In this document: positions 14,601 to 28,201 of the stretch, in pieces | How the letters are laid out: each line of letters starts with the position of its first letter | Position numbering within the stretch: position 1 is the first letter of the stretch | Origin: Vitrella brassicaformis CCMP3155 | Taxonomy: Eukaryota; Protista; Chromerida | Direction: 5' to 3' | Assembly: GCA_001179505.1 (NCBI GenBank) | Contig: CDMY01000356.1 | Span: 248,001 to 312,000 of the forward strand | Length of the DNA: 64,000 bases | Position numbers and translations under genes: made by a program | Notes under the pieces: generated by a model | Told to the model about the DNA's origin: nothing | The model's input: the letters and a program-made list of their open reading frames with translations, nothing else | Databases searched by the model: none

Positions 14601-17600
14601 AGCGTGAATCAAGACTTCTGGTCCCAAGTGGACTGTCGGGCATTCGAAAGCTCCCTCGTGGCCGTCCACAAGGTATCGGATTGACTGATGCCGCCTTTGC
14701 TGACACCGTCACTTTGTCTTCCCGCTGCGTGCAGATTGAAGTGGCGGCGAGTGGGCTGCTGTTTTGCGAGAGAACAGCCTTGATTCTCTTTCATCTCATC
14801 CGAACCAGCTTTCCCTTCAAGCGGCGATACTTTCCTGACATGTTCGTCACGGGCAGCACGGCAAGAGTCGCACCAAAGGGCATCCGGCCCGACGATCGAA
14901 GGGGCGAAACAGTGGAGAGCGAAGCCACAAGGTATCAAAGGAGAGACTGAACACCCAACACACCACCATCACCATTCTCTTACTGTCTCAGCAAGGTGCT
15001 GTCTTCGTGCTGCGCGATCTTGTCCACTGCTTCGGCAGCTGCCACAATGGAGCAGGACCAACCAAAGGGCATTGGAAGGTATCGATGGGTCGAGACACAG
15101 CAAATCTGTGTGCCCGTGCCATGAAGGTGTGCGTCGTACGCTTGTCTTGCAGGGACGTTTCGACAGGGAAGTTGATGGGGACTGATATGCGAGATTCCCT
15201 CCAGAGCATCATCAGTCTGTCTGACCACCATCACGAGGCCGCGATCTGGCAGCTGAGGAGCCTCGCCGTCCAGAGCAGGGCGCTGGATACCACTGACCAG
15301 CTGCCGTACTTGGACAGAACCATCGACCTGCTGCTCAAAGCGCTTGAGACGAAGGGGCTGTCGAGATACGCCATTGTCATACTTCACAACTTCGCAGTCC
15401 GCTACCCAGCGACCTTTCTCTTCAAGGAGGGAACGATCCGATCCATCTGTCACTTCTACGAAAGGATGGCCAGAGCGCTCCGCGGAGGATGGGAAGAGCG
15501 ACTGTGTCAGCGGCTTGCTTTATCCACTATCCGCCTGCTTTATCTTTATTGGGCCGAGTCCCCAACAACACTTGTGACGGAGGAGACATCATTGATGGAC
15601 GTCCTCAAGGACCGACAGGAGCAGCAGCGAAGCCCCTTCGTCTCCGATTGGTCGTACGTTCTCGACTTGACGGCCCAGGGCGGCAGCAAACCCATGGCTC
15701 TTCACACAGGTGATGCATCGGTCTTTGTGTCAGTATTTTGGGCCGTCTGTCGACGATCCGAGGAGGCTTTTGTCAGCGCGCTGGTCAGCCACAACGGATG
15801 CTTGAATTTCCTGTGGAGGTGTCTCATTCAAGCGGAGGGTCTCGGTGCGGACATCGTTGGCCGGATGAGGCGTGGATCCTCAGGAACGCGAATAGTGTCG
15901 GATCACCAGCTCCCATATGATGTCGATATTGACATGCTCGACTCAAGAGCGGCGAAACCAATACCGCCGGAACAAGACCGTGCAGTCGAATCTCAACATC
16001 TTACGAAAAAGCGACATGAGAAGGCTGCCGAGTATTGTTTCGTGGCTGCAGCCAATGCTCTCTGCCTCATCTTTTCCCACCGTCCGCATCGCCACTCGTC
16101 GTCAGAACTCGATACCCTTGTCACTCAAGAGGCCACCTCTTTGCACACGAGGTGTTTCCAGGAATTCTTGAGTTCCCTGTCTCAGCGGCTTGAGGCCAAC
16201 AACAGAGTCGAGAGACTCTTGTCAGAGAGAGTAATTCAGGCCGCCGGTCAAATCCTGTCGTCGGCGATGAGGCAGCTTTCTGGCGGTGGCCAAGCTAAAG
16301 TCAACGACACGATTGCATCGATTGTTCCCGGGCTGACCACTTCCCGCACACCTTCCATCAGGTGGAACAAAGGCATACGGTTTGCACACCTGATATGTCC
16401 TGACCCATCGATCTCTCTCCTTCCGTGTAGGGCCCTTGGGGTGGGTCTGGCATATCGGAGTGGATTCTGGAAGTCGCTTACAGTTGCCCAGGAGCTGCTC
16501 AAGCAGGAGCAGTTCAAAGAGCAGCCTGAGATCGCAGCGCGGCTGCTTGCACAGCTCCTGACCACCACTAATGTGAGCAAACAGGGGGAAGAAAGACTGC
16601 ATTGCCTCGTCCACAGTCTGACAGAGGGGTTGCGTCTTGCCTACTCTACTGAATCTCAGGACACGCTAAAGCCGTACCATCAGACACAGGCGCTTCGGGC
16701 TTTGTGCACCCTCCTCAAGATGAGGAAGCTGAGCAGAGACACTGTCGAGGAGGTCGCCAAGTGTAATCCCGTCCTAGCTGGCTCTTCTCATCTTCTCCGC
16801 CTTCTCCTCGACGAAGAGCGGCTCCTCTTTGCCGACTATGTCGGTGCACTGGGCGACGTGCTGCACATTTCCACTGTGGTCGGCCGTACGGTGGCCTCGC
16901 TCCTGAGCTTTGCGTTGAAGAGGGATGATGCACTCAGAGACACAGGGGTGTGGGCGTCAGCCGACGTCCTCGAGGTATGCGTGAGGACCGCCGTGAAGCT
17001 GATGCCCTTCCAGCCCGCAAAGGCGATGAGACTCCTTGTTCTTTTGTTCGCTTCGCCACATTGCGGCAGCTACGCCAGGCAGGTTGCGCTCGTCGCTGGC
17101 GTTGCTTCAGACGCGTGCTCGTCCTTAGAGAGGTCACTGAAGGCTCAGACGGAGCTGAGACGTGCGAAGACTGAGAGCGCATCCTCCCTGTCTCTGTCTG
17201 TATGGGGGGACGCAAGCGAAGAGAACAGGGATTGGGCGGCAGAGATAAGGTGGAGCCTTGCTTTGTCGCTCCTGCTGTATTATGGGGCTGACGAAGACAG
17301 TAAGCTTGAAAATGAAGTGGCTTCAATCGCTGAAAGAGACGTTGACGCTGAGGATTTTGGTACTTTGAGGAGATTAAGGCTGAAGGTCGATGAGGTCACC
17401 GAAGACTCGCTGTTGAGAGAACATGATGAGAGGCTGATGGAGCTGCTCGTGGGACATGTAGAGCTGATGACGTCACGCCACTGCGATGAGGGACTCTTGT
17501 GGGAATGCAGCGCCACTGCGGGACTGGTCGCAGCTATGGCATCGAAGGGTGGATCAGCTGAAGCCACTGCTGTGCCGGTCTTGACGAACACGCTGCTGGC

Positions 17601-20600
17601 AGTCATGATGAGTCAGCAGACTGAAGATGTTATGGTTATTGGGGCCATTGCGCTGAGCAGTGTAGTGCACTTGTCCCTAAAGGCTGTGTCAATGCCGATG
17701 TATCACCCGAAACTGTTAGAAGGCTACAAAGACGGACCCTCCCCACTGCGCCAGGCAAGGAGGCAATAGGATACACACATGTCGGCCTGTTGGCCAGACC
17801 CTTGGCACGGAATTCTCTCAGGCCATAATCCAGCTTTCGGGTTTGGGGGATGGCTGCTTCCCATTGGAAATGGAGTATCCATCGGTTGGACTGCAGTGCA
17901 GCCTCAACCTGCTCTTCGGCCTGATGACGTCCAGAGAGGCAGTCGCAGATATCCAGAGCTCCGACACCGAGCTATTAACATGGCTCCAAGATGCGCAGCC
18001 GGCCGGCATCGAGAAGAACGAAGAATCCGTGGAGCTCGACAGTGAACGAATACAGAAGAGGAGTCGCCTGTTGGGTCTGCAGTGGCTCCAGATTGTTGTT
18101 GCCGTCTGTTATTTCGCGCGGCAGAAGATCGTGCACCATCATCTGATGCTCGTCAATCGCGCCTGTGGTGAGCGAAGTCGATTGACGGGTGTATCCCATC
18201 CCACGCCATCTCATGTATCTCGTGCATGTCTCACTCAGAAGTAGCGACCAACATCACCGTGGTGAACACGCCTGAGGGCGGCAGCAGCGACGAGAATGGC
18301 TGTGGTGCTATCCTCCTTGTGTCGTTGGAGTGTCTCAGCCTGCTCCTGTGGTCTCTGTACCCCTCGGTCAACCTGCCCTCATTCCAGCCCATCAAGGCAG
18401 TGTACCGCCACCTGGCCCTGCTCACCGCCGGAGCGGCAGTCTCAGTTGCAGCTCGGCGAGTCGCCATTGACGCACTCTGCGCATGCCTCGAGTACGAGAG
18501 GGCGGACGCTTTCGCCGAGGCAGTCGACACTTCCGCAGGCCAAGACACACGGGGGCTTCGGTGGACGGTGGTGCTGCCGTTCCTGGCCGATGCTGCGGCC
18601 ACGCTGTCAAAGCACTCCGATAAGGGGCTGTCGCTCAGTGCTATGCGACTTGCCGTGACGACAATTGGCATGGCTGCTCGAGGAGACCCAGGAGACGACA
18701 ACACAAGCGGGACAGCCTACTCTTTGTTGCTGCGAAGGCTGGTTCCAGTCCTGCTGGAGATAATGGAGGCCCCGTCCTCACCAAGCGACAGTGTTATTGG
18801 CGCATGCGAGGCTTTCGTCGATGTGACCAAGCCTCGCAGCCCCGAGTACCGTGCTGACCCGGCCGTCCTCTCGTGTCTCCTTCAACAGCCCACACTGGGC
18901 GCTTTCTTGTCCCTGCCACTTGACGCTGGTCTCGGTGGTCGAGTCGAGTCATGCTGCGGCGAGTGGCTGGAGCTGTACGGTGTGCCGCGGAGGAAGCTGG
19001 AAGGGATTGTGGTAGCCTGTCAGAAGTCGCCTTTGCTGGCTTTGCTCCGGCTGACCCGGGAGAGCTCCTCGAGACACCTTGCTGAGGACATGGGGTGGGT
19101 GTTCCTGGGCATGCTGCAGGCCGCCGATATGCCGCAGGACATGGGCACTGAGTCGTCGGCATCAGATATCTTTCGCCTACTGCTGGAGATCGTGCCTGCA
19201 GCCTCGCCACTTGCCTTCCAGCTGGCATTGGCTCTGAGGGACATGCTCGACAGGGGACACAAAGACGTCCTGGCGCGTTTTGTGGCAGTTGGCCCCACAG
19301 CAGCACAGTGGCTGGATGACGTGCTACGTCTGACTAAGAAGGATAGTGGTGCGCGGAGGACAGGGGAGGCATCCCTACTGCTTCTGAAGCTCATCTACAC
19401 TTTGGCGTTTTTCTTCCCCACGATGAGAGATATCCTCGCGCAGCATCCCTCCTTGCACGACACCCTGGCTCTGGTGCTGCAGGACATCAAGGACATCACT
19501 AACGATCAGAATGGCATCCGTGGGGGGTGTCTTGTGCTCATGGCGCGGCTTCTCGCCATGCTGTGCCAACCCTCTGTCGCATCGGACAGTGGACAAGACG
19601 ATACATCGACTAAGGTACGCCAGAGGCGGCATAGTGTGCGACGTGACTGTCATGTGTGTCTCCATCCATCCAGGGTATGGTGTCCCTTCTGGTCACGGCA
19701 CTCGGGCTCGACCGACCAGGCGATCGAGCTGGTGATGATGGGGCATCTGTGCTTTGCGAGAAGGTGACCGTTACAGCTCTCGCACAGCAGATGAGAGAGA
19801 ACCACACAGCAAGACATGCACTCGTGAAGGCCCCCTTCATGAAGATGCTCCCCAACATGCTGCTTTCGCATGCGGATCGGCACCGTCCTGGGGACTCACC
19901 CAGCCCACCACAGAGCTCTGACGCGCTGCTTGAGCTCTTCCTTCTCGGCCTGTCATCAGAGGGGCCCCGTGAGGCTTCAACACTGCTCATTGCCGACACT
20001 CCACACGAGGAGGGTTCAGGAGACATCCAGGGCCTCGAGATCCAGCCAAACATGATTCAAGCCCTGATCCGGGTGTTGGGGCGCTCTGATGGGTCTCACA
20101 TGTGAGTCAGTCGCCACATGAGCACGGGCACACCTGAATGTCGTCTCCTTGTCGGTCGTCTCCATAAAAACAGTGTGCGTCACGGTTGGCGAATCCTGGC
20201 GACGCTGGTGCAGATCCGCAGCTGCTGGAAATTCATGTACCTCCATGCAAACAGAGGTAAGGAAACAGCTTGCTTGATCTCTCTCTTCGCTTTCCTGTCT
20301 GTCTGTCTGTCTGTCTGTCGGCGTGTCCATCCATCCATCCATCCATCTGCATGTGCCACCCGTGCAGAGTCGTCTTGTTCATGTCTCCGTCGTGGGGTGC
20401 AGCTCCTCAGCTCCTCAGCTGACAAGGATGTACATGTCAATGTGCTGCGGTGCCTGTCTGCCTGTGCGGCTCATGCCTTGTTTATCGCTGTGGCGCCTCA
20501 GCACGTTGTGTTGGAGGGACCTGAGAGGCAGCCCTCATTCGTGGCAGTCGACGCTGAAAGACACTATACAGGACACACGCAATCGGCGCCGAGAGATGAG

Positions 20601-22558
20601 CATCAGTCGTCTGCGGTCAGGCAGACAAATGCGATGACCAAAAGACATGACTTCCGTACGATTGACTCCTGTGGCTTTCAGGTCGATTTCTTCTCGCGTG
20701 ATGTGTTGTTGGATATCTTGCGCTCGGCTGGAGGGCTCCCGGACTGTTTGTCGAAGGTATTGGCCTGCTGGACCTTTGGGATCATTATAACTTCCGCGGG
20801 CTCTTCCACACCACCCAGAAATGGTGTTGAGCAAGCACCGCTGCGATCGACTTCTTGGCTGAGAGATGAGGGCAGTCATCTGACCACCCTTGTCAGTCTT
20901 GCCACCAGCTTGCTCAAGGAAACCACCGATACTGCCGTCAAAGTCAGCCACATCAAGATGGATGTGAGCCACTGCTTTCCTCCTTCCATTCTTGTGCTTT
21001 CATTTATGCCATCAGGTGGGATCGTTCGTGTCGAGCCTGTGTCTGCGGTTCTTCCCGCTTGAGGCGGTGCTGCCCGAGATGGTGCCGAGCCTGGCCATCC
21101 CGGAGATCCTGTCGTGTCTCAGCCTGCCCTATCCATCCCTGCACTTCTTCATGCTGCTCCTGCTCAACATGCTCGCACTCATCAAAATGCCCTTGTCAGC
21201 CAAGGTGGACGCCAAAGTCACCAAGACCCTCGACAGGTGGGTGTGTTAACACGTGACCGAATGTCTCCGACCACGATAAGACATCGCCTGCTTTGAATCG
21301 TGCAGGTTATTCTCTCATTTGTTTGCGATCATGCTGGAGCACTCGGACTCGCGAGACGCCGAAGATGAGGAGCGACCGAAGGCTTTGGTCCTCCGGTGGC
21401 TCTGCCTGACCCGCTCGGCACCTCTGGGCGCCCACCTCCGGTCCCTCGCCATCTGCGTCCTGGGAGCTAACTGTGCTCGTGCATTCCCACACGATAGCAA
21501 GGACGGCCCGGGCACTGAAGAGTCGTCAGGTCAGGCCCTCCCTCGCCCGCCGGCAAGGCTGTTGAACATCCTGGCGCAGCTGCTGGTGGAACTGCAGATT
21601 GCACAGCGCATCGCTGCCAGCGGGCACTCAGGCAGAGAGTACATTTGCAGGTTGATGCAGAGCGCCGAGCAAAGTGGCGGTCTGCCGGGGAGGGGCAGTC
21701 AGCGGGACCACCAGGCCAACATGGACGCAGTGGAGGCATGGTGTGGGCTTTCGGCAAGGCCCGAGCTGCTGATGGGCACAGCGTGCCATCTCGCCTTCGC
21801 GGCTGCACACTTGGCTGTCGCCCACCCTGGCACTGCAACCCGGTGTCTGGCGCTGCGGTCCGCCGCATTCACGGAGCTGAACCGGTCTCGCGTCATCAGC
21901 ACGGGGGCTCGAGTGCTCAAGCCAACAGGTAGGGTATGAGGGAGGGACGGAGGGAGGGATGAAAAGCAAAGCAGTGGGGTGGGGTGGGGTGTTTGCCTGC
22001 CTCCATCCGCCCTGTGTCTGTCTCCCCACAGCCTCCACAGCATATGAGGTGGTAGCGCAGCAGGCCCTGCTCCGGTGCGCCCTCGTCACCCTGGATGCAG
22101 CCATGACATCAGCAGCTGAAGAGACGGGCGTATCGGTTGGAGGGGCGGGGGCGTCCTCTGAGGCGCTTTCCTACCTGGTGCAGCACATCCAGGCCTGCTA
22201 CGTCCCGTACAAGGCTATTGAGTCAGCACAGGAGAGAGGCGTGCAGGGGTGGCAGCTGGAAGCACTCAAAGCGACACCCACACGGGCCGTGACGAAGCTG
22301 CTGCTGTGTCTCGCGTCTGACGATAAGGCTATGGCGTTGCTGAGGGAGGTGGGGGGCGCCGATGCGCTGTTCCTGGTGGCGCGCCATGCAGGCGACGCTG
22401 AGATGCGTCGGCTGGCCACCGTGCAGCTGATGAGGATGGCAGAGTCGGTTGTGGCTGCATCGGCAGGGGGGAATGGGAATGGGAAGGTGACATCGACGAG
22501 TCTTGTGAAGCCTGGTCGGTCTCGGAGTGTGTTGTCACTCAGTCTGAGGGATCAGTAG
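2669..22558 (+). CDS. Giant armadillo/HEAT-repeat alpha-solenoid protein, multi-exon, roughly 5000+ aa
   Basis: Long exons on one strand are linked by short introns that were in phase at every junction checked (~5930-6018, 11015-11067, 17755-17821, 19615-19673). ARM-type motifs recur: RYGALAVANLS, LLTALGNL, ALFLLANL, YACSTIANMC, VTRAVRNLC, YAMMALANVS, LSLACLHNLL, RVIMNLST, LVCLRNVC. Not every junction was checked, so it could be more than one gene. Confidence 0.7.
17755..17821 (+). other. GC-AG intron in the ARM gene
   Basis: The exon ends CGC CAG, followed by GCAAGG (strong GC-donor consensus). The acceptor ttctctcag gives a phase-0 join into AIIQLSGLGDGCF and avoids the stop at 17769. Confidence 0.7.
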
Positions 22559-23136
22559 CCGTGCACAGTGGGTTCACACGCGTACGGTGCATGGCGTGTT
22601 AACACAAAGTAGGTTTCTCATCTTGTGTCTGTGTTCACTACACCCGAGTTGATCAACACGTCTGTGTCGTCTGTGTCTCGTGTGTGAGTGGACAGCTGCG
22701 TGTGTGTCTGCGTCTGTCTGCGGCAGGAGAGGGGCGGTCAATCTTGATTAACCGCCATCGATGACTGCAGCAGAGCAGTGGTGAGGGGCGAGTGTGCGGG
22801 CTGCTTTGATGTACCAAGACACACACCAACACCGACACCGACACAGGCGTGGATGCGGGTGCGGACTCCATCGCACTGACGCCATGAACGTGAATCAAAT
22901 CATCAAGTAGAGAGAGTCGTGTCTTAACAAATACCCATACTTACACACACACACACACACACACGCACGGCATGGACGGCCACGTGCCTGCCACACGTGT
23001 CAGTCAGCGACTCGGTCCTTACTGGTAGAAACAGCACAAATAGCAAACGAGCAACAGGCCGCCTTCATCCTCGCTAGCTAGCTAGCTACCTGGGCTGACA
23101 GCCTGCCTGCTCTGTGTCTGACGGTCGATCGATCAA

Positions 23137-26100
23137 TCACCCCATGCCAAAGTATTGCCGCTCGAGATGGATGAGCTTCACGAGCTCGCTAATGGACACA
23201 CACATACCAAGACAACCGGTGTGTGTCGGCCGGGTGTGATGGCTGTGTGGTCGCTTACGGAATGGCATCTTGGATGAGGGGGTCCGGGGCATTTTGCTTG
23301 ATCAAGGCGATGGTTTTGTCGAGCTCGCCCTCCTCCGTCGCATCAGACAACATGCTGCAAATGTCACACAACACAACACAACACAACACATCCACCACAC
23401 CACACCAAGCATGGCATCCATCCACCCATCTGCCCCCATCCATCCATCCGTCCCGGCTATCCGCTGGCGGACTCACTCACTCACTCGTAGAGTATTCGGA
23501 ATGAGTCCCGTCCCAGGGCGTTCTGCAGGCGGTCTCTGCTGTGCTCTATCCTGTTGCCCATCTGGGTGCGGCGAGCACGGCCCAGCCTCTCTACGGTCTC
23601 GCGCTCGCGGTCAGCCCTCTCATCGTCCACTTGGGCCTGCTGATTGATTCGTTAGTTAACAACGAGCAAAAAGAGGGAGTCGTTAACAACAGCAGTAAGG
23701 CAGGTGCACGGATGGCATTGCTTGGCTCACCCTGTCGGCTCGTGGGTGTGAGTGTGGGTGTGGCCTTGGCAGGCGCGCAGGGGGGTGCTCGAAGCGGTCG
23801 TCAGGCTCAGGGGTGTCCGATGGCGGCAGGGCTACATCTCTTCTCCTGCGGACAATCTGACGCTGCAGCTCCTCCTGACGCTGCCTGCACACACAACACA
23901 CACACACACTTGCAGACGTCATTCTCTGTGGTGTGTGCCGTGCCCCTGCCTGCTCCTGGGTGGCACACACACACACATACATGATGCGATCTGAGAGTCT
24001 GTTGAGAGTGGTTTCTGAGGGTATCTGCAGCAGGGGGTCTCTGCTGCCGCCCCCAAGCTCCTCTATCGATGGCTGCCGCTCATTCCTCCGCCTGAAGGCC
24101 TCAGACTGGAAGGCTGACGCGTCAGAAAGAAGGCCATCGGGATGGGGCGGCTCGGGCCGACGGCTGAGGGGCGGGATGCGGTGCCGACTGCCAAGACCAC
24201 TGAGACCTGCAACACACAAACAAGTAGCACAGGCAGACAGGAATGAAACACATGAGTGGCTTAGCTTCCACAGCATCAGACCAACAATCACACCACCTAC
24301 CTGAGCCTCTGGCTCGCTCCCGCGTCCCGATGGACGCACCTGGGATCGATGTGTGGGAGAGGGCAAATGTGTCTGAGCGACTCAGGTCGTCACTTTGGCG
24401 GCCGAACGAGAGGTTCGCCAGTCCCATCTTCAGCCCACTCTTGATCGACACGGGCTCGTCAGGCGTGCTCTCCGTCCGCTGCTGACCCCCAGAGCGTCCC
24501 CTGTGGACAAGACGATGCGATGCCGCCACAGCCCGCTCTCCTACCGCAGACGAAGCCGATGGGTCAGATGGCCCTGGCGGCTCCTTGCTCGCCAGTATGG
24601 GTGAGAGGATCCTGGCAGGGCCCTGTGGCACCAGCTTGCGGTCAGGAATAAGAATGTCCTTCATTCGTCCACCAAGGTTTTGCCGCACGTTGAGGCCTTC
24701 CCGACCGACGGGCAGCGGAGGCACAGCAGCATGCGCAGGGGGCGGCGGGGGTTTCTTGAAGAACACCTCGCCGCAGACGTAGATGCTTCTCTCGTCGTTG
24801 CCCTCAACGCTCGACAGCGACCGCTTGGCCACAGCGACCGGCAGAGGGAAGTGCTCCAATGGTGGCAGCCTCTGCGACATGGATCTGCGCGGCACTTGGC
24901 GCTGACGATGGCTGAGGATGCGAAAAGGGGGCGGGTAGTCTCGTGGAGGCGATACGGGAGGGACCGAGGGCGGGAATGTGCTGAGGGAGGGGGGTGGAGA
25001 GTCGGGGGGACAGCTGCCACCAAGGGGAGACGATGCCCCGTCTGCTGCCGTCGAGACAAAGGCCGGGTCGGTGGCCATGCGTGTGTGCAGGTCCGTGCGC
25101 CTCTCCACCACTCTCGCCGACGCCTCCGAGGGGCTTTCCCCGGACTCGGTCAGGCTATTGGTGGTGGGGCTCTTGCCAATATCCTCGATCTGGTCGGCCA
25201 TGCCGTCGGGCACCCGGCCGTATCCCGGCACGAAGATCTCGATAGGTTGATCGCCACCAGTGCCATTTCTCTGCCGCTTGTCCCAGCCCTGCTCCTGGAC
25301 ATGACGCTGGAACAGCCCATGACGCTGTGACAGAAGAGAAGCCCTCTCCCTCTTCGACGAAGGCGACTTGACGGGCGACTCGGACACCACCGATGGGGCC
25401 GAAGGCACGGGTGTGGCGTGGGAGGGCACAGAGGGGGAGCTGCTGTCGGGCTGTGTCGGGGGCGGGTGGCTGCCGCCGTTCTGGGGCGTGGCGAAGGCAC
25501 TGCCCCTGTCACTGCTGGCGTCGAGGTAGTCATCAACCTCCACTTGCTCCTCCTCGTTGACTACTTCCAGCGTCGACGATCCCCGGATGGGGGGTCCAGC
25601 TGGTCGTGAGAAGGGTCCCCGTGTGCGATCGATGCGGCTCTTGGCCTTGACCAAATTGGCCTTGAACTCCTGAATTGAACCAACACATGACCGACGGACG
25701 ACCCTTGACAGGACGCCCCTCTGTATGTCACTCACCCATGCACTCACTCACTCACTCACTGACCTTCTCGTGTTGTCTCTGCTGCCTTTCCTTCTCCCTT
25801 TTGAGGTCATCCCGCTGCTTCTGCGGCTCCGGCCCCTTCCGCCTCTCGAGCCTGCGGCTAGGGGCGGAGAGAAGGCTCTCATCCTTGGCAGCCGACGACT
25901 GTCTCGCCGCCCCCATGCTGGCCTTCCGCCCCCCGTCCCACCTCTTGGCCTGCTGCTTGTCCGCAACACTACGAGCGGACATCACTGGCTCGTCCAACGA
26001 CACACACGGGGACATGCCCTTTGGCTTTGCCGTCGACGGCCGCACCGTAGACGGGTCAGTGGCCTGGGGGAGACTGCTGAGCGTCGATGACCGCTCCAGG

Positions 26101-27849
26101 CCGTCGAGGTTGAGCTTCAGGGACGGCGGCTGCCGAGCCTTGCCGGCTGCGTTGCTGCGAGTCACGGCCCTGCCCTGTGTGGCGCCCTTCTTGGTGGTGG
26201 CCTTGTGTGAGTCTGGTGGGGGAGGGGGAGGGGGCGGGGCGGGATGCGGCTTGGGTGGGACAGGCCTCGGTCTCAGGGGCGATGGTATTCTCCTGCTCTC
26301 GTAGTCCTCGACGAGCTTGTGGATTTTCTCACTAACGCCGCGCAGGTGGGGCAGCAAGCCGTCTGCAGACTGCTGGTCCATCAGGTGCGCCTTCCTCATC
26401 TTGAACTCATCCCTCCTCTCCTGCAGCGAGCTCTTGCGGGAGAAGGAGCCGGACGACAGGCCGCTCACACTGCCCTCCCCATCCTCCTCGCCATGAACAG
26501 GGCTCATCTCCGGAACGCCATGGCCAACCGCAGGCGACGACGCGCCCTTGGGTAGGATGCGCCGCGGCCCCTCCCCCGCCTCACGCACCTCAGGATCGGT
26601 GGATTCCCTCAGCTGAGAAGCTGAGAGGGATGCGATCTGGGGATCGGCTCCCCCCTCGGTGTCGTCGGCTTCGATCGCATTGAGCTCCTCGGCGATGCGC
26701 AGTAGCGGGTCGGTTCCCTGACGGGATGGCTTCTTGGCGTCTTCGCGCGACGCAGCGTTGAGAGGGTGGGTCTTCATGGCCCGGCGGGCCACAGGCGAAG
26801 ACGCATCTGTCACCGTCACTGGCACGGGGGCAGTGGCGCTCACTATCAATGGCTCCGACGGCTTGGGGGCACGGTCCACCGCCCGTGACGCGCGGATGAG
26901 GGCGTCCACGTAGTGCCCCTCTGCCGTGTGTGTCACGGCGAGCCGCCTGAGGACGGCCTTCATAACATCAAGCCGCAGGATGTCCCTTGCCTCGGGTCGC
27001 TCGGCGGGGTTGTCAGCGAGCATGGATGTGACGAGGGACACGAGGGCGGGGTTGTAGTTGGCTGGCAGGGAGGGGGGGTCCATCATTGCGATTCTCCGCA
27101 CTGCAGCACCGATGTTGTTGGTGGCGAAGGGGTGCTCGAGGGTGAGCAGGAAATGCAACAGGCACCCAAGGGCCTGCCCGCACCATGGCATGGGAGGGAA
27201 AGAAGTGCGTATGTGTCACACAAGGGGTTCGCCTAGCCTTCCTTCCTCCCGCGTAGCGTACCCATATGTCACTCTTGGTGGAGTGCGCCTCATTTCTGAA
27301 GAGCTCAGGCGCCAGGTAAGACGGCGTGCCCTGCAGCCTCCCGTTGCGCTTGGTCGAGTTGAGCTGCCGACATAGGCCGAAGTCGCCCAGTTTCACCCGC
27401 ATGTTGGCCGTGAGGAGCACATTACCGGCAGTCACGTCCCGGTGGATCATGTGTTTCTCATCGTGGATGTATTCGATGGCCAGGACGATCTGTGCGAAGA
27501 TGTCGAGTGCCTCCTCGTATGTGAACGCCCTCTTGTCACGCCGCCTCTCGGCGATCTCCGCCGCGAGGTCGCCCCTCTCCGCATACTCGGTCACAATCAC
27601 CAGGAAGGTGCCGTCGGAGGTCTGGTGGATGAAGGAGGACGCGTAGCGCACCACATGTGCATGCTGCAGGCGGGAGATTGTCTGCGCCTCGTGGAGGGCC
27701 GCGTCCTTGTCCGCCGATGATGCTGACGTGATGTCCAAGCTCTTCATGACATACTCCCTCTGCGATGCCTTGTGCCGCACGAGCAGGACCCTTCCGCTGG
27801 CACCTCGAGCAATCTCCCGCACCAGCTCATAGGCCTCGAAGCTATCCAT
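23137..27849 (-). CDS. NIMA-related (NEK-like) Ser/Thr kinase with a long low-complexity tail and a C-terminal helical module
   Basis: N-terminal kinase motifs: IARGASG, EYVMK, EAQTISRLQHAHVVRY, IVTEYAERGDL, HRDVTAGN, VKLGDFG, GTPSYLAPE, KSDIW|ALGC. Terminal exons read RIEHSRDRLQNALGRDSFRILYE ... QDAIP|ELVKLIHLERQYFGMG* (stop 23137-23139). Confidence 0.85.
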
Positions 27850-28064
27850 CACTTGACGCCACTCAGCGATAACCGAGAGATGATCACCTCTAGTAAAGCC
27901 CGACACAGCGCCAGAGAGGCTCCCGATGGGCAATGATGTCGGTTTCCATCGCAGCAGGTGCAGAGGAAGCTGCAGATCGAGAAGAAAGCTTCTGAAGCAA
28001 GCGAATCTCGCTAAATGTCGTTACTCCCCTACAGTCACGGTTTCACGTCTGGCAATTGGCGCAG

Positions 28065-28078
28065 TTCTCCCGCGAGCT
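28065..28078. promoter_or_regulatory. Candidate promoter motif TCTCCCGCGAGCT (core GCGAGCT) in the NEK/MFS divergent spacer
   Basis: The same 13-mer occurs at 51487-51499. The core also occurs at 34327, 39881 (reverse), 48624 and 53385, all in short 5' intergenic regions. Confidence 0.4.
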
Positions 28079-28201
28079 GGGTCGATGAGCATGCAGTTTC
28101 ACGGACGCCAGCGTGAGTGTCAACGACGCCCACGCTAAGCAACAGAAGGAGGGTTCCTCCTCGCTGCAATCAAGAATACATTGAGGCATGACCCTCTCCT
28201 G

